DNA of 63,157 nt, filler included, from Stramenopiles sp. TOSAG23-2 (Eukaryota), in the NCBI GenBank assembly GCA_900128395.1. It is 5 parts of 5 records of this genome, joined end to end, with 100 filler letters (N's around TTAATTAATTAA, not from the genome) between each part and the next. Parts side by side here need not be neighbours in the genome. Positions count along the whole stretch, not along the records: positions 29,098 to 58,037 come from LT649394.1; 4 more parts are not named here. The stretch is one strand, 5' to 3'. This document shows, in pieces, positions 34,040-45,498 of this stretch; position 1 is the first letter of the stretch, and each line of letters opens with the position of its first letter. Position numbers and translations under genes: made by a program. Under the pieces are notes generated by a model. That model did not search any database. It saw nothing but the letters and a program-made list of their open reading frames with translations, and was not told the origin of the DNA.

Positions 34040-37000
34040 TTACAAATTTTCACGAATCAACTTTCTTAACTCTTGCAATACTTTTGCTTTTTTCGCCCTG
34101 GTATCAACCCTTAAACGCCATCGTCTTTGCCTCGGTATAATACCAAACATTTCTGTACATACGATTGTAAAATCTGTTGGGCGTTCTGATGGTTCCAGTT
34201 TAATAATGTCTTTGATAGTTGAAAACCGCTCTAACTTGATACGTGGAATTATACCATCGCTTTCCTCTCCATTAAATTCCCACTCATTTGCATAATCTTC
34301 TTCACATAAATATATACCAGAGCTAGTTAAAACTAATGTGCGTGGCATTATACGCTTTTTATCTTTGTGGCGCCGATGCAGCATCAGAAATAAGGTAATA
34401 TTTGCCCTAGGATCTTTCAATATATTTTTTTGTAATGATTCCAACATTTTTTGGTCTTCATTTATAATTTCCAATATATTTGGTAAACGTTGTAAAATGG
34501 CATAGGTTTTATCACGATTTCTTGTTAATAAAACAAAAGCCATGCCATCCGCAGTTTTTAAAGTCAATCGTTGCCCACAAAATCCTATAACTATTTGCTT
34601 CAATGCTTTAAATTTGTACGCAGCGATTTGAAAAAATACAGGATTGTCTTTAAATTTCAATGTCTTATCATCCATTGTTTTCATAATATACAAAGATTCA
34701 TCCGTGAGAATAAGTACACATTCCTGATCATTGCCTTCAATATTTACTTTCTTTTTCTTGCCCTTCTTGTTGTTCTTTTTGCCACTTGGAGTGGTATTTG
34801 CATCAGTAGCAATGTTTCTGGAAGACGGGTCCAATATCGCAACCATGGTTACAATTAAATGCGTTACTCTTTCACTCCTTTTCATCTTTGAACAAAATAC
34901 ACGTTCACGAAAATATAGTTCAAGATTTGAATGTATTTTCATATTAGCGAGCGGATCATGCTTTTCTTCAATGATGTCTTCCTCTTCAACTTTTAACTTC
35001 GCAGAGGCAGTAGCATACGAAGAACCATTTTTACCAGGAGACGCAATTTTACTATTACTCAATTTTTGCTCCGTTTGTGCGTTATTTCTACTGGAATTAG
35101 CGACAATGTCATCCTCGCTACGTTTCATAGTTTTGCTCAAAAACATAGCTTCAGTGGAAGAATTACTATTTGCAGTGTTTCCATTAACTCTCTCACCATT
35201 TTCATCATTATTGTTACTATCACTGCCAGCATTTTTTTTACTACCAAAATAATCCCACTTAAGCGAGTCAAATATTTTGGGACTAACAATATCCGCCGTA
35301 GCATTTGTATCGGCAGTTGGAAGTTTTTTCGGCGTTTCCTCTTCTACTACTAATACCTTTTTATTATCTTTTTTACTAGTACGTCTTTGAGTGGAGCTTT
35401 TGCGTCTTGGTGAAGCTCTTGACGTTCGTAAATTAGATGTTTTACACCGTGTGCATTGAAATGGTAAATTTTCAAACGTATCCCATTCAAATAAATACTC
35501 ACACGACAAACATTGCATTGTGATAAATTGCTGAAAACCATGACTTTCGCCGTTTCTACACATGTTATAAATAACACGAGCTTGCAGCAAACACCGTAAT
35601 TCTTCAAGGGTACCTGCTTGATGTAGCGCATATAAAAGTTCACGAGAATTTTGATTTTTGGTTTTCGATTGCTTTTTCTTATTATTATTTCTATCTGGAG
35701 TTTTTACTGGCAACATGCTATCATTTGTATCAAATATCATTCTCAAAAGCGTATCGCCACGATTGCCGTGTATTAGAGATACTTCACTTAATGAGTCTAA
35801 TGATAATTTCTCACAAATATTACCGCCAGTTATATCAACTTCAACAAACGATGCACCTTCAATTAGTAGTATACATGTTTTGATAGATGGATTTGAAATG
35901 TTCATGTTGTTTTTCATCATCACAGAATCATTGTGACCACCGCTGCTATTGTCATTTGTTGCATTTTGATAATGTCGTTCAGCTAGATATTCTCGTTGAA
36001 ATAAAAGATTTGTATCATCATCAGCATCTTTATTGTTTTTATCATCTGTTGCTAATGATGATTTACTACTATTAGTTTTTGTACTTGTACTGCTTCCACT
36101 TGTACTTTCTACATCATCTGCGTTGCTGTGACTAATATTACTATTACTACTACTATTATTATTTTTCTTCTTATCCCTGGAAGATGATGATGATGATTTC
36201 AGTTTAGATCTACTGCCATCTTTAGTTCCACTACTAGATGTTTTACTACTTAATCCTTTCTTACTTGGACGTCGTCGCGATTTCGATTTTTTTGCTACCG
36301 ACATTTTCTCTCTTTGTGAAAAATATGGAGATTTATCTCTAGGGCTAGATTCTAACCAATTTGCGCCTTTCACCTCTCGTTTTTTTTCTAACCTGCGGTG
36401 GTATTGCTCCATTTTTTTTTGCAATTGCAATTTATATTGTTCCATTTCATCCCATGCATCTGTTCCATATTGTATTTTTTCACTTTCACCATCATCGTTG
36501 CTTTCAAATCTTTCTTCATTTGAATCGATACGACCCTTTGCGTTATCGAGACTCTCGCCATAGCTATCATCTTTATTTATATCGATATCATTATTTACAT
36601 TCTTATAATTGTTTTCATTCAAATTATTGTTCATTTTGTCAATAGCATCATTGTCATCTTCGATAGCTACCAATAATTTGTTCTTCTTAGATTTTTTGCT
36701 TTTCTTATGATGCTTGGCCTTTACTTTCTTTTTCTCTTTTTTTTCTGGGCTTAGTGGTACAGTTAAAGCTGATGGATCTTCAATGGTTGCAACGCGTTTT
36801 TTTTGTTTTTTCTTATCTCGTTTCCTCATTAAGCTACTGGTCTTCTTCATAGTGGTGCCATTATCATTATCATTATTTTCCGCCATATTGTCAAAATTTG
36901 TATTTACATTTTTTATCTCAGTAATAGCAGCTTCAAATCCTAACGTTTCCCGCCTAACATGCCTTCCTTTGCCATTATTTCCTTTGCCACCCATGCCGCT

Positions 37001-38434
37001 TTTCATATCACTGGCATATCTCTTCCCATCACCGTTTCCATTTGTACTTGATGAAGACATAATCATGTTTTGTTGCTTAAATCGTACACGTTTTCCATCC
37101 AACGAAAATTTATTATCAGCAAGAGACGCACGCGTGTTTGCAAAAATTCCGCCAATTTCATCACGGTATCGGGGATGCAATGCAATTGGATTTCCTTCCA
37201 ATGAAAATGATCGCAATTCTTCAAGGGTCTGCAACTTTAAAATTTCATTCAATGAGCTGAGCAAATTATGGCTTAAATCTAAGAGTTGCAACTTAGTCAA
37301 TACTTCTAAACCGGCAGTCGTTGAAATTCGATTATGACGCAAAGATAATGACTGTAAATTTAATTGCAATGGTGTCTGCAATTTTTTACGAGCTGATGGA
37401 GATGGTAGATACGATAATAATGCCCCACACGAGCTTAAGCGATTAAAAGCAAGGTCAACCGAAGTCATCAAAGATGATTGAGCAATCAACGCCAATGCCT
37501 TAAACGAAGAAGTGTCTAATTCATTATAACTAAAATCATACACTCGACCCTTTGGTAAAAACGCCAACGATCGATCTAACATTTTCATTTGACAATTGCT
37601 ACATTTTACACGAGCTAACCTTGGCCATACATACTTAGAATCATGGTACTCTCTCATGTGTACTGGAGTTGGCCTTTGAACATTACGGGGGGGATTTGGT
37701 ACTTTACCAGGTTCAAACAAAATAGCACCAGGACAATGTACAGTGGAACCTTCGATGTATAAAATCTCTAATCGATCTCGTAGAAAAGATAAATCTTCCA
37801 AGTCATATAATTCAGCGCCATGAATTTCTAACATGTGTAAATTTGCAAACATTTTGACATCACATTTTACACGCAAAGGAGCCGACGCACTTGTTCTATC
37901 ATTTATTTTTCTAGGGGACAAAATTTTTAAATGCAATAAATCCATCAGCATCACAGCAAGTTTCAAAACAATGCGACGATTTTGAGAAACAACTTGATCA
38001 GCATTGGCATTATTATTATTATTATTATTATTATTGCCATCATATGTTTTTCTATTATTAGTTTTTTTACGGCTTTTTTTCACAAGTGAGGTCAAGTAAG
38101 ATAAACATGGCGTATTCAAAGACAACCTTAACATTCCACTGCGCAAATCAGACAGATTAGCTTGCACGTATCCAGACAATAAATGCAAAAAATCATCACC
38201 ACGCAATACTTTACCAGCGCTTGCTTGACCAAGTAATACAGCAAAATCTTTTCCAGAATTATTTTTATTTTGACTTGATAAATTTGATATTCCAAATAAA
38301 TTTTTTAATTCGGATATCGTCTCATGTCCAACTATTGTATCCCTACTCTTTTTCTTATCAGATTGCTGCTTGTTGCTTTCTTTGTCGCTGCCATTATGAT
38401 TATTGTTGTAATCTGCAGATACTAAACTTGCCAT
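34040..38434 (-). CDS. LRR protein, nischarin/STK11-interacting-protein-like
   Basis: LRRs (LSLRHNRI, LDLSHNLL, FSLEGNPI..PRYR), CxxC/CxxC zinc ribbon, C-terminal PH-like segments (VLILTDESLY, RTLVLTSSGIYLC). Confidence 0.75.
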   Translation of the reverse strand: MASLVSADYNNNHNGSDKESNKQQSDKKKSRDTIVGHETISELKNLFGISNLSSQNKNNSGKDFAVLLGQASAGKVLRGDDFLHLLSGYVQANLSDLRSGMLRLSLNTPCLSYLTSLVKKSRKKTNNRKTYDGNNNNNNNNNANADQVVSQNRRIVLKLAVMLMDLLHLKILSPRKINDRTSASAPLRVKCDVKMFANLHMLEIHGAELYDLEDLSFLRDRLEILYIEGSTVHCPGAILFEPGKVPNPPRNVQRPTPVHMREYHDSKYVWPRLARVKCSNCQMKMLDRSLAFLPKGRVYDFSYNELDTSSFKALALIAQSSLMTSVDLAFNRLSSCGALLSYLPSPSARKKLQTPLQLNLQSLSLRHNRISTTAGLEVLTKLQLLDLSHNLLSSLNEILKLQTLEELRSFSLEGNPIALHPRYRDEIGGIFANTRASLADNKFSLDGKRVRFKQQNMIMSSSSTNGNGDGKRYASDMKSGMGGKGNNGKGRHVRRETLGFEAAITEIKNVNTNFDNMAENNDNDNGTTMKKTSSLMRKRDKKKQKKRVATIEDPSALTVPLSPEKKEKKKVKAKHHKKSKKSKKNKLLVAIEDDNDAIDKMNNNLNENNYKNVNNDIDINKDDSYGESLDNAKGRIDSNEERFESNDDGESEKIQYGTDAWDEMEQYKLQLQKKMEQYHRRLEKKREVKGANWLESSPRDKSPYFSQREKMSVAKKSKSRRRPSKKGLSSKTSSSGTKDGSRSKLKSSSSSSRDKKKNNNSSSNSNISHSNADDVESTSGSSTSTKTNSSKSSLATDDKNNKDADDDTNLLFQREYLAERHYQNATNDNSSGGHNDSVMMKNNMNISNPSIKTCILLIEGASFVEVDITGGNICEKLSLDSLSEVSLIHGNRGDTLLRMIFDTNDSMLPVKTPDRNNNKKKQSKTKNQNSRELLYALHQAGTLEELRCLLQARVIYNMCRNGESHGFQQFITMQCLSCEYLFEWDTFENLPFQCTRCKTSNLRTSRASPRRKSSTQRRTSKKDNKKVLVVEEETPKKLPTADTNATADIVSPKIFDSLKWDYFGSKKNAGSDSNNNDENGERVNGNTANSNSSTEAMFLSKTMKRSEDDIVANSSRNNAQTEQKLSNSKIASPGKNGSSYATASAKLKVEEEDIIEEKHDPLANMKIHSNLELYFRERVFCSKMKRSERVTHLIVTMVAILDPSSRNIATDANTTPSGKKNNKKGKKKKVNIEGNDQECVLILTDESLYIMKTMDDKTLKFKDNPVFFQIAAYKFKALKQIVIGFCGQRLTLKTADGMAFVLLTRNRDKTYAILQRLPNILEIINEDQKMLESLQKNILKDPRANITLFLMLHRRHKDKKRIMPRTLVLTSSGIYLCEEDYANEWEFNGEESDGIIPRIKLERFSTIKDIIKLEPSERPTDFTIVCTEMFGIIPRQRRWRLRVDTRAKKAKVLQELRKLIRENL

Positions 38435-39207
38435 AATATCAATATACTAGACTATGATAAAACTATACTCAGTAAATCTAATAAATATATATTGATATTA
38501 TTCAATTATTATTTTAATAATGATAAATATCTTAAAATTATATATGTATATACTACTTACAATATTTTTATATTTCAAAAAGGCTTGTATTTTTCATATT
38601 CTATATATATCAGCTTATTATTTCTTGGATATTATATAATGTTGTTTGTTTTATATCTTTATAAATTATATATATACTGTATCACATACATACGATCAAA
38701 TGAAATGCATTATTATTTTAAATGTAGATTTAGATTAAACCATTTTGCCAGATTTTGCCTGCCGGGCCTGCCCAGCCTGCCGGGCGGGGGCCTGGTTGCT
38801 GCTGGATTGCTGGATGATTGCAAGGATTGCCAGGATTGCTAGCGGGCTAGATTCCAGATTGTATTAATATTTTAATTGGTATTTTTTAAGGTGTAAATGG
38901 AAACCCTACAAAATTAAAATAACTCTCGGTGGTTCTTTTCAAAAAAACTGAGCTGGTGCTAGTGCTACTCTACTGTGAGATGTTGTTGTATTTATATTAT
39001 TATTACTCTATATTAATATTGTTATGCAGTGAGTTGCAGTTGCTTATTATTATATTATTTTTATTTATTGCTGGACTGTGTAACACTGCAGCACTGCAAC
39101 TAAACGATTAAACCTTTGGTGGCTGCACATTTAAAATGTAACCAATCACTGTTGTTTTATCGCTATATTCGTAATTTACTTTTTCCTGGAATTAGTACAA
39201 AAATAAT

Positions 39208-40977
39208 ATGAATGCAAGCGTTAAAATTCACCCAACCACAGTCGTTGGAATCCAAAACCCGCCGGACATAGAGCAATTATCAACGACTTTAAACGCACAA
39301 ACTTACCCAACGCAGCAATTGTTAATATCAACTTCAAATGCACTAACCCCCACGGTGATGGCTGTAACCCCAGCAACTCCAGTAACGGTAACGGAAACCA
39401 CATTTAACAGAGCAGAAGATTCAAGCGGGGGAAAGACTAGAAACAATTCTGGCCCACCCCCGGAGAAAGTTTCTAAGTCCTCCAACGGTCTCTGTAATAA
39501 TTTTTGTTATTACATTCTTAATATTTGGTTTTGGGTACATTTGTATATAATTTATATTTATTTCTTTAGAGCAATACCTTGGAGGAGAAATATTATCACC
39601 CCCTCAAGAATTTCATGTAACGATTTTTACAAACACGCCTCATACCCCCTCATTGAACGCAATGACAAACCATTTTGTTACGTTTCATTAGATAAAAATC
39701 CATGTAAAAATCCAAGTAACAAACCAAAATTTGAACTTTGTGAACAGATTGGTGCTAGAAGTTGCCTACCAAAGGAACTTAGTTTAATGTTTTTTGGTGA
39801 TACAGAAGAAGGAGATGGGAAGAAACCGGGAGAAGAAGATTTAGACAACGCAAAGTTTGTGAACAACGCAGAATTTAAATGTCCTGGTGCACGTGGTGCA
39901 GGTGGTGCAGGGAATGATAACACGATCTTACGCAATACTTCCCGCCGTTATCTGGGGGAAGAGTGTATTCCCTGTAATGTTGATCAATTTTTCAATGGTA
40001 TGGAAATTGTATGCGACAAGCAAATTATTTGGACTAGGAGTCGTCAAAAAAAATGCCTTGATATAGAAGACTCTTCAAACGTTGGTATTGGAAATACAAT
40101 GTGTTGTGCAGATGGTTGGGGTGCTTCGCTAGAAGAACCTGATCCTTTATTTAGAGAAGACGTGGAAAGACAGAAGATGAAATATAACGAAGACCGTTGG
40201 GAAGGAAAAGGTGATTATAGTTATGGTTATGAAGATTCAGTTGGAGAACTTTTGTGGCCAATTCTGTTTATGTTCACGTTTTTTATATATATAAGTTTAA
40301 ATTCTGGTATTAAAAAATCTTCTTTGTTGCGTTTCTACTATAAAAATGCCATTAGATGCGATAAAAATGAATTCAATATCATTGCCCAAAAATTTTGCTC
40401 TGGTAACATCCAGTTGGAAACAAAATGCCAAATGCATTCGCTCACAATAATACATCGTAGAAAAAGAGGAAGCCGTGTACGCAAAAAATTGGAATGGGAA
40501 GGTGTTCAAAAAAGGGAACTGCATGAAGCTGTTGATGCATCAAATATTAATTTACAATTAAATGGTACTATAGGTGTATGTTGTGTAGACTTTGTTATTC
40601 GGTACAATTGCATAGATTTAGAGACTGAAACCGTTTTAAATAATTTAACAAAAGCAATGATAGAAGATAATTCTTCCCGCGGAACAAACTTGACCGCGTT
40701 TAATGAAATCAGTATGGTTGATCCAAGCCTTACAGCTTATAATACGCGCGACGCTAGTGCTAATGGGCCGGTACCAACAAATATGTATCAGTGCCAACTT
40801 TTAACAGATCTTGAAAACGGAGGTCGGCATTATATATACGTTTTCGGCAAAGAATCGCTATCTGCATTTGTTTCATATTGCTCATATTTTGGATTAGGAG
40901 TTATTAACAAGATTTATCACGATTATTTTGTTCATCATTATAAGGTTGTTATACATAAAAATATTCGTTTGCATTAA
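39208..40977 (+). CDS. Membrane protein with Cys-rich luminal loop; C-terminus weakly TMEM151-like
   Basis: 589-aa ORF; two TM segments flanking a Cys-rich region, plus a further hydrophobic segment near the C-terminus. Confidence 0.65.
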   Translation: MNASVKIHPTTVVGIQNPPDIEQLSTTLNAQTYPTQQLLISTSNALTPTVMAVTPATPVTVTETTFNRAEDSSGGKTRNNSGPPPEKVSKSSNGLCNNFCYYILNIWFWVHLYIIYIYFFRAIPWRRNIITPSRISCNDFYKHASYPLIERNDKPFCYVSLDKNPCKNPSNKPKFELCEQIGARSCLPKELSLMFFGDTEEGDGKKPGEEDLDNAKFVNNAEFKCPGARGAGGAGNDNTILRNTSRRYLGEECIPCNVDQFFNGMEIVCDKQIIWTRSRQKKCLDIEDSSNVGIGNTMCCADGWGASLEEPDPLFREDVERQKMKYNEDRWEGKGDYSYGYEDSVGELLWPILFMFTFFIYISLNSGIKKSSLLRFYYKNAIRCDKNEFNIIAQKFCSGNIQLETKCQMHSLTIIHRRKRGSRVRKKLEWEGVQKRELHEAVDASNINLQLNGTIGVCCVDFVIRYNCIDLETETVLNNLTKAMIEDNSSRGTNLTAFNEISMVDPSLTAYNTRDASANGPVPTNMYQCQLLTDLENGGRHYIYVFGKESLSAFVSYCSYFGLGVINKIYHDYFVHHYKVVIHKNIRLH

Positions 40978-41039
40978 AAAATACGTAAAAAAGAAAGATT
41001 GTTGCGCATCTCGTGTGTCATTAATAAGAGTTAAAATAA

Positions 41040-41390
41040 ATGAATTTCAATAGTAATAATATGATAGGGGAGCCAGTTGTCGTAACACCACCAAGGAAAA
41101 AAGAATCTATCGCTGTAGATTTAGTTGCTGTGAAAAAAGCCGTCGATGCAAGCTCAACAGTCCAAGAAGCGAGACGAATTGCAAGAGAGGCAAAAGAGCA
41201 AGCTAGTCGTGCTTCTGTAACTGCAGAAGCAATTATTAAAGAAACTCAAGATATTATTAATAAAGATAATAATACGGTGTACACCTTTACACTACTGTAC
41301 TTGTACTGTATCTATGCTCCTATCATAGCGAGCTGGAAATTAAACTCGTGTATCGATCCCTTCTTCTGGTGCAGTGTGCTCTACTATTAA
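41040..41390 (+). CDS. Short helical ORF, probably a gene fragment
   Basis: Coding-like Ala/Glu-rich helix to about 41276, then the sequence switches to intergenic-type composition. Confidence 0.4.
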   Translation: MNFNSNNMIGEPVVVTPPRKKESIAVDLVAVKKAVDASSTVQEARRIAREAKEQASRASVTAEAIIKETQDIINKDNNTVYTFTLLYLYCIYAPIIASWKLNSCIDPFFWCSVLYY

Positions 41391-42004
41391 TATTATTATA
41401 TCCCTCTACTTTTGAAACTTGGCTTCAAGCCAAGTTTCACAATGATGAACCAACAGTTTAGTTAAGCTTCTATACAATGCTATTTTATATTTTATAGTAC
41501 TGTATCATCGTAGTGAATATTGTGTTCGTGCTTTCGTGCTTGATGTTTGATGTATTAAATTCGAATTAAATAGCTTTAATATCGTACTATTTTCTAAATG
41601 ACATAAAAATATCAAATTAAGTACAAATGTTAAGGTAGCTCTAGTCTCTACCATAGGAGCACGGAGTTTCCGTCGTTATTTTCAATATCAACCACACCAG
41701 CCCAGGCCAGCTGGGCCAGCTGGCTGGAAAGCTGGAAAGCCTGGAAAGTAAAAGAGCACAGCAGCAGCAGCCTTTTTTTTTTTCATCTAGTGGTGCAGTC
41801 TGGCAGTCCAGCAGTGCTCTACTACTATAATAATAAACAAAAAATGAATGAAATAAAACATCTTCTCTCCTCTGAAAACATACAAGTTCAACATGGTTCG
41901 TATTTAATTTTTAGTTCATTGCAACAAAACAGTATCTTTGTGTTTACGTGAATATATATATATATATATATATATTCTTGGAAATAAAAAAAAGAAAGAA
42001 AACG

Positions 42005-42958
42005 ATGAGTAAGTATGAAATCACTGGAGAAACAATAGCTTTCGGAATCATACTTCCTTCACTCATCGCCATTTTTCTTGCTCGGTATTGTTGGATGATC
42101 ACAGCCAGAAAAAAGTCCTTGGTTGATTACGATAAGAAAGGAAGGGAGTTGATGAAGGAAAGAGTAAATGCTGACTATGTTTTGCTGAAACAACTTGGCA
42201 TAGATAAAGGGTATACATTCGGTTGGGGCATTATTGTGAACATTGATGAAGCAATTGCTACCAACTCAATGGTTCGTGATGAAGTGGTTATTCAGCGCGG
42301 CCAAGAACCAAGAGGGTCAAGCGAGTATTTAGAATCCGCAAGAGAACCTGTTGGGTATTGTGGTTGCTGCACAAGCGTTTGTGCCATGGACTATGGATCA
42401 AGTGAACCCCTCTATACCAGAAATTCTGATAATACGAAGTCGGAAAGTTGTTGTTTAGAGTCTTGTGATTGTTGTAGAATGTATATACCTAAAGATAATG
42501 AAAAGACAAAAGATGTTAAATATGTTCGTGTTCAATATCTTAATAAAATTTGGAATTCCAAAGCAGAGATAGCTATACGAAATTTAGAAAAAATGCTGAA
42601 AGCAACGAAAGAAAGCGAAGAAGTTGCTACCTTGGCAGCAGCTTATGCAAATTCCTATAATCAAAAAACTGTTGCTACATCAAACATAAATATTGAAATG
42701 ACGCGTGATACTAAACCTCTTGTAACCAACCAAGTCTTGTCAAACATGTATGCCGAATATGCTAAACATCATATGCCAAATATGCCAAACAACATGAACA
42801 TGCCAAACATGAACATGCCAAACATGCCAAACACAAACAATGTTAGACAAAATGGTTCAGGAGTCGGGTTTTGTGGTGAGTGTGGTGCCCCAAGATATCA
42901 GCAAGACGGAAAATTTTGTGTTGAATGTGGAGTCAGATTCTGGAAGCCAGATGCTTGA
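42005..42958 (+). CDS. Single-pass membrane protein with Cys-rich segments, MPN repeats and C-terminal zinc ribbon
   Basis: ATG at 42005 (MSKYE); TM; CGCC and CC..CDCC; FCGECG...KFCVECG. Confidence 0.75.
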   Translation: MSKYEITGETIAFGIILPSLIAIFLARYCWMITARKKSLVDYDKKGRELMKERVNADYVLLKQLGIDKGYTFGWGIIVNIDEAIATNSMVRDEVVIQRGQEPRGSSEYLESAREPVGYCGCCTSVCAMDYGSSEPLYTRNSDNTKSESCCLESCDCCRMYIPKDNEKTKDVKYVRVQYLNKIWNSKAEIAIRNLEKMLKATKESEEVATLAAAYANSYNQKTVATSNINIEMTRDTKPLVTNQVLSNMYAEYAKHHMPNMPNNMNMPNMNMPNMPNTNNVRQNGSGVGFCGECGAPRYQQDGKFCVECGVRFWKPDA

Positions 42959-43334
42959 TAAAGTGCAACATTTTTCCACACTCCAAACTTTTATGTGATT
43001 ATTGAAAATATCCCTGAAGACTGTCTGTATTTTATACAATTTTTAAAAATAAGACTATTTACTATTGAAAAATGACATAGACTTTTTTTTTTTTATTTAT
43101 TTTTTTTTTGGCAAAAAACAACCGCACACTGGCACACTGTGGCACATACAACCTCGTCGACGACGATAAAAAATAATAAATTAATTTGGCCTCATATATA
43201 TTATTATTCATTCTAGAAGTACTGTACATCGTATGATGTATCATAGACAGAAATATATTATTAAAACAAAACGTGTTGCTACTTGCTCACTCTATACATC
43301 TTTGACATAAAAGTGAAAGAAAAACGACAATAAG

Positions 43335-45218
43335 ATGACTTCTATTACAGATGCAGCTAAACCGGACTTAAAGGAAATATTAAATGAAGCAGATAAATTA
43401 GAAAAAGAGGAAAACGATCCACGGACGCCATTTAAAACATTTTATAAGGCAAGAGAAATTTTAGTTAAAAAAAGAGACGAGTTATTGAAAGAAAGCGATA
43501 AATTAAAGAAGTTAGGGACAAACTGTATTCCAATTGATAATGCGATTGGCGTCTTAAATTACAGAATAGGAAAGAATTTTTATACAACAGAAGAAAATCA
43601 TGACGCACAAGTTCATTTAGAAAAGGCAATACTTCAGTTAGCCCCTGAAAAATGGAACGAGGAAGATTTAAAACTATCAGAAGATAAAGATGATAATAAT
43701 AAGCATTTAAATGTTACGGAATTTTCAGCAGTATCATGTTTAAATAATCCATACTTACCGCAATTAATCGATGCATATAATCAAATTGGCGCTTTGTGGG
43801 TATCACGGGGCGATACCAAGAAAGGAAAATTGAATTTAAGTCGTGCTTTGAAAATTCATGAAACTATACAAAAATTTGACGATGGTAGCAGCTCAAAAGA
43901 GGACCAGGAAGAATTGCGCACGATACATATCTTTACGTTGTTTTATCTTGCACAGGTCGAGGGTCAACTTGGAAATGCTGAATTATCATCTGGGCATGTC
44001 AGAAAAACATTGATATTACAACGTGAAAATTCCGATTACGAACCTGTCGAATGGGCCATAAATTGTGCACAGTTACATAACTATTATTATAATCAATTAA
44101 ATTTGCGTGAAGCGGAAAATTGTTTATTATGCGCACAAGAAATTGCTAATAATGAATTGCCAGAACCAAAGTATGAAAAAGACGGAAAAACGCCTGTAAA
44201 TATTGATGATGAAACGTTGCGTGTACGTTGCACTATTTGGAGAATGTGGGGAACTTTGTATTCAAAACAGCTAGAAATCGCGAGAAAAAACTTGGAAATG
44301 AAATATTCACAAAATTTTAATGGAATGATTGTTCAAGATGAAAAGATTAAATTGATTCAACCACCCGTATATGATATAAAAAAAATGTCAACGGATGTAA
44401 TTAAAAAACGGCGTGCGCCTTACATACAAGCTATATCAAATGCAAAGATTGCTGCAGATGTATTCAAACTGTCAAGATTATGCTATGAAAAATCATTATC
44501 ATATTTTGTAATGGATGGTCGTGTTACTGAACATGTCAATATACAACAAGAAATAAGTAAATTATATATGCATTTGTCTGGCTTTGAAACGGAATGGAAA
44601 CGTGCAGTTGGTATGCAAACTCGCCGAGTATCTTTATTATCACCACTGTATGAACAATTGAATAAAAATGTCTTCATTGTACTTTGTAAGGAACTTTCAT
44701 TTGAATGTGGCCAAGCGTTGCAATCTGTACAAGACGTTCATGAAATGCGTTTAAACCAATTGGAAAAAGGCTCGAAAAAGTTTATTTCAGCAATGAAGAA
44801 AGCAGATAAAGCCGGTGTCGAGGCAATGGTACATTTTTCACGATTTTTAACCCATTTCTTAACAAAAGAAGGTACTGATCCAGAATTTATGGATAAAGAT
44901 AACTTACCTAGTTATTTACTATGCCATTTAAATATGGCGCGAATATGTGGTAAAATGTATTCATATAATAATAACCAAATGAAAGTTCAATGGTTGAAGA
45001 AGAGTTTGAAGGAGTATCAATTAATAGTTGAGTTTGGTGAGAGAAATATTCCAAGTGCACTCGAGGAACAGAAAAAAGAAGCATTTTTAGAAGGTCAAGA
45101 TGAATCTACAATAAGACCGATATTTAAAGAGGAAATGAAGCATTGTGAACAAATGATACAATTGCTCCCTGAAAAAATAAACCGATTACATTATTTCAAT
45201 CAAGATATTTCGGATTGA
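43335..45218 (+). CDS. KIFBP: KIF1-binding protein homologue
   Basis: YKAREIL, TEE, NQIGALW, TLFYLAQV, EWAINCAQL, FVMDGRVTEHVNIQQEISKLY, EQMIQLLPEKI motifs of the KBP family. Confidence 0.9.
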   Translation: MTSITDAAKPDLKEILNEADKLEKEENDPRTPFKTFYKAREILVKKRDELLKESDKLKKLGTNCIPIDNAIGVLNYRIGKNFYTTEENHDAQVHLEKAILQLAPEKWNEEDLKLSEDKDDNNKHLNVTEFSAVSCLNNPYLPQLIDAYNQIGALWVSRGDTKKGKLNLSRALKIHETIQKFDDGSSSKEDQEELRTIHIFTLFYLAQVEGQLGNAELSSGHVRKTLILQRENSDYEPVEWAINCAQLHNYYYNQLNLREAENCLLCAQEIANNELPEPKYEKDGKTPVNIDDETLRVRCTIWRMWGTLYSKQLEIARKNLEMKYSQNFNGMIVQDEKIKLIQPPVYDIKKMSTDVIKKRRAPYIQAISNAKIAADVFKLSRLCYEKSLSYFVMDGRVTEHVNIQQEISKLYMHLSGFETEWKRAVGMQTRRVSLLSPLYEQLNKNVFIVLCKELSFECGQALQSVQDVHEMRLNQLEKGSKKFISAMKKADKAGVEAMVHFSRFLTHFLTKEGTDPEFMDKDNLPSYLLCHLNMARICGKMYSYNNNQMKVQWLKKSLKEYQLIVEFGERNIPSALEEQKKEAFLEGQDESTIRPIFKEEMKHCEQMIQLLPEKINRLHYFNQDISD

Positions 45219-45498
45219 AGAAAAAAATGAGGAAACCGCGTTAGAAAATACGGTAATTTGCCAGAAGTACCGAGTGTATAAGAGACTACATATGGCACTA
45301 CGATCTACGAAGTAATTTACGATAAAAATCGATTTTTTTTTTTTTAAATAAATTATTAAATTAATATACGAAGTATTAAATACGAACGTATGTGTTTTCA
45401 TTATATAATAATATACTCGTGTAATATATTTTATAATTAATTTACATATATATATATATAGATCTATACTTTTCGTATAATTTTTAAAAATATATTTT

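Noticed and set aside
41441..41450. Box C-like ATGATGA suggesting a C/D snoRNA
   Set aside because: No suitably placed box D (CTGA) or terminal stem found.
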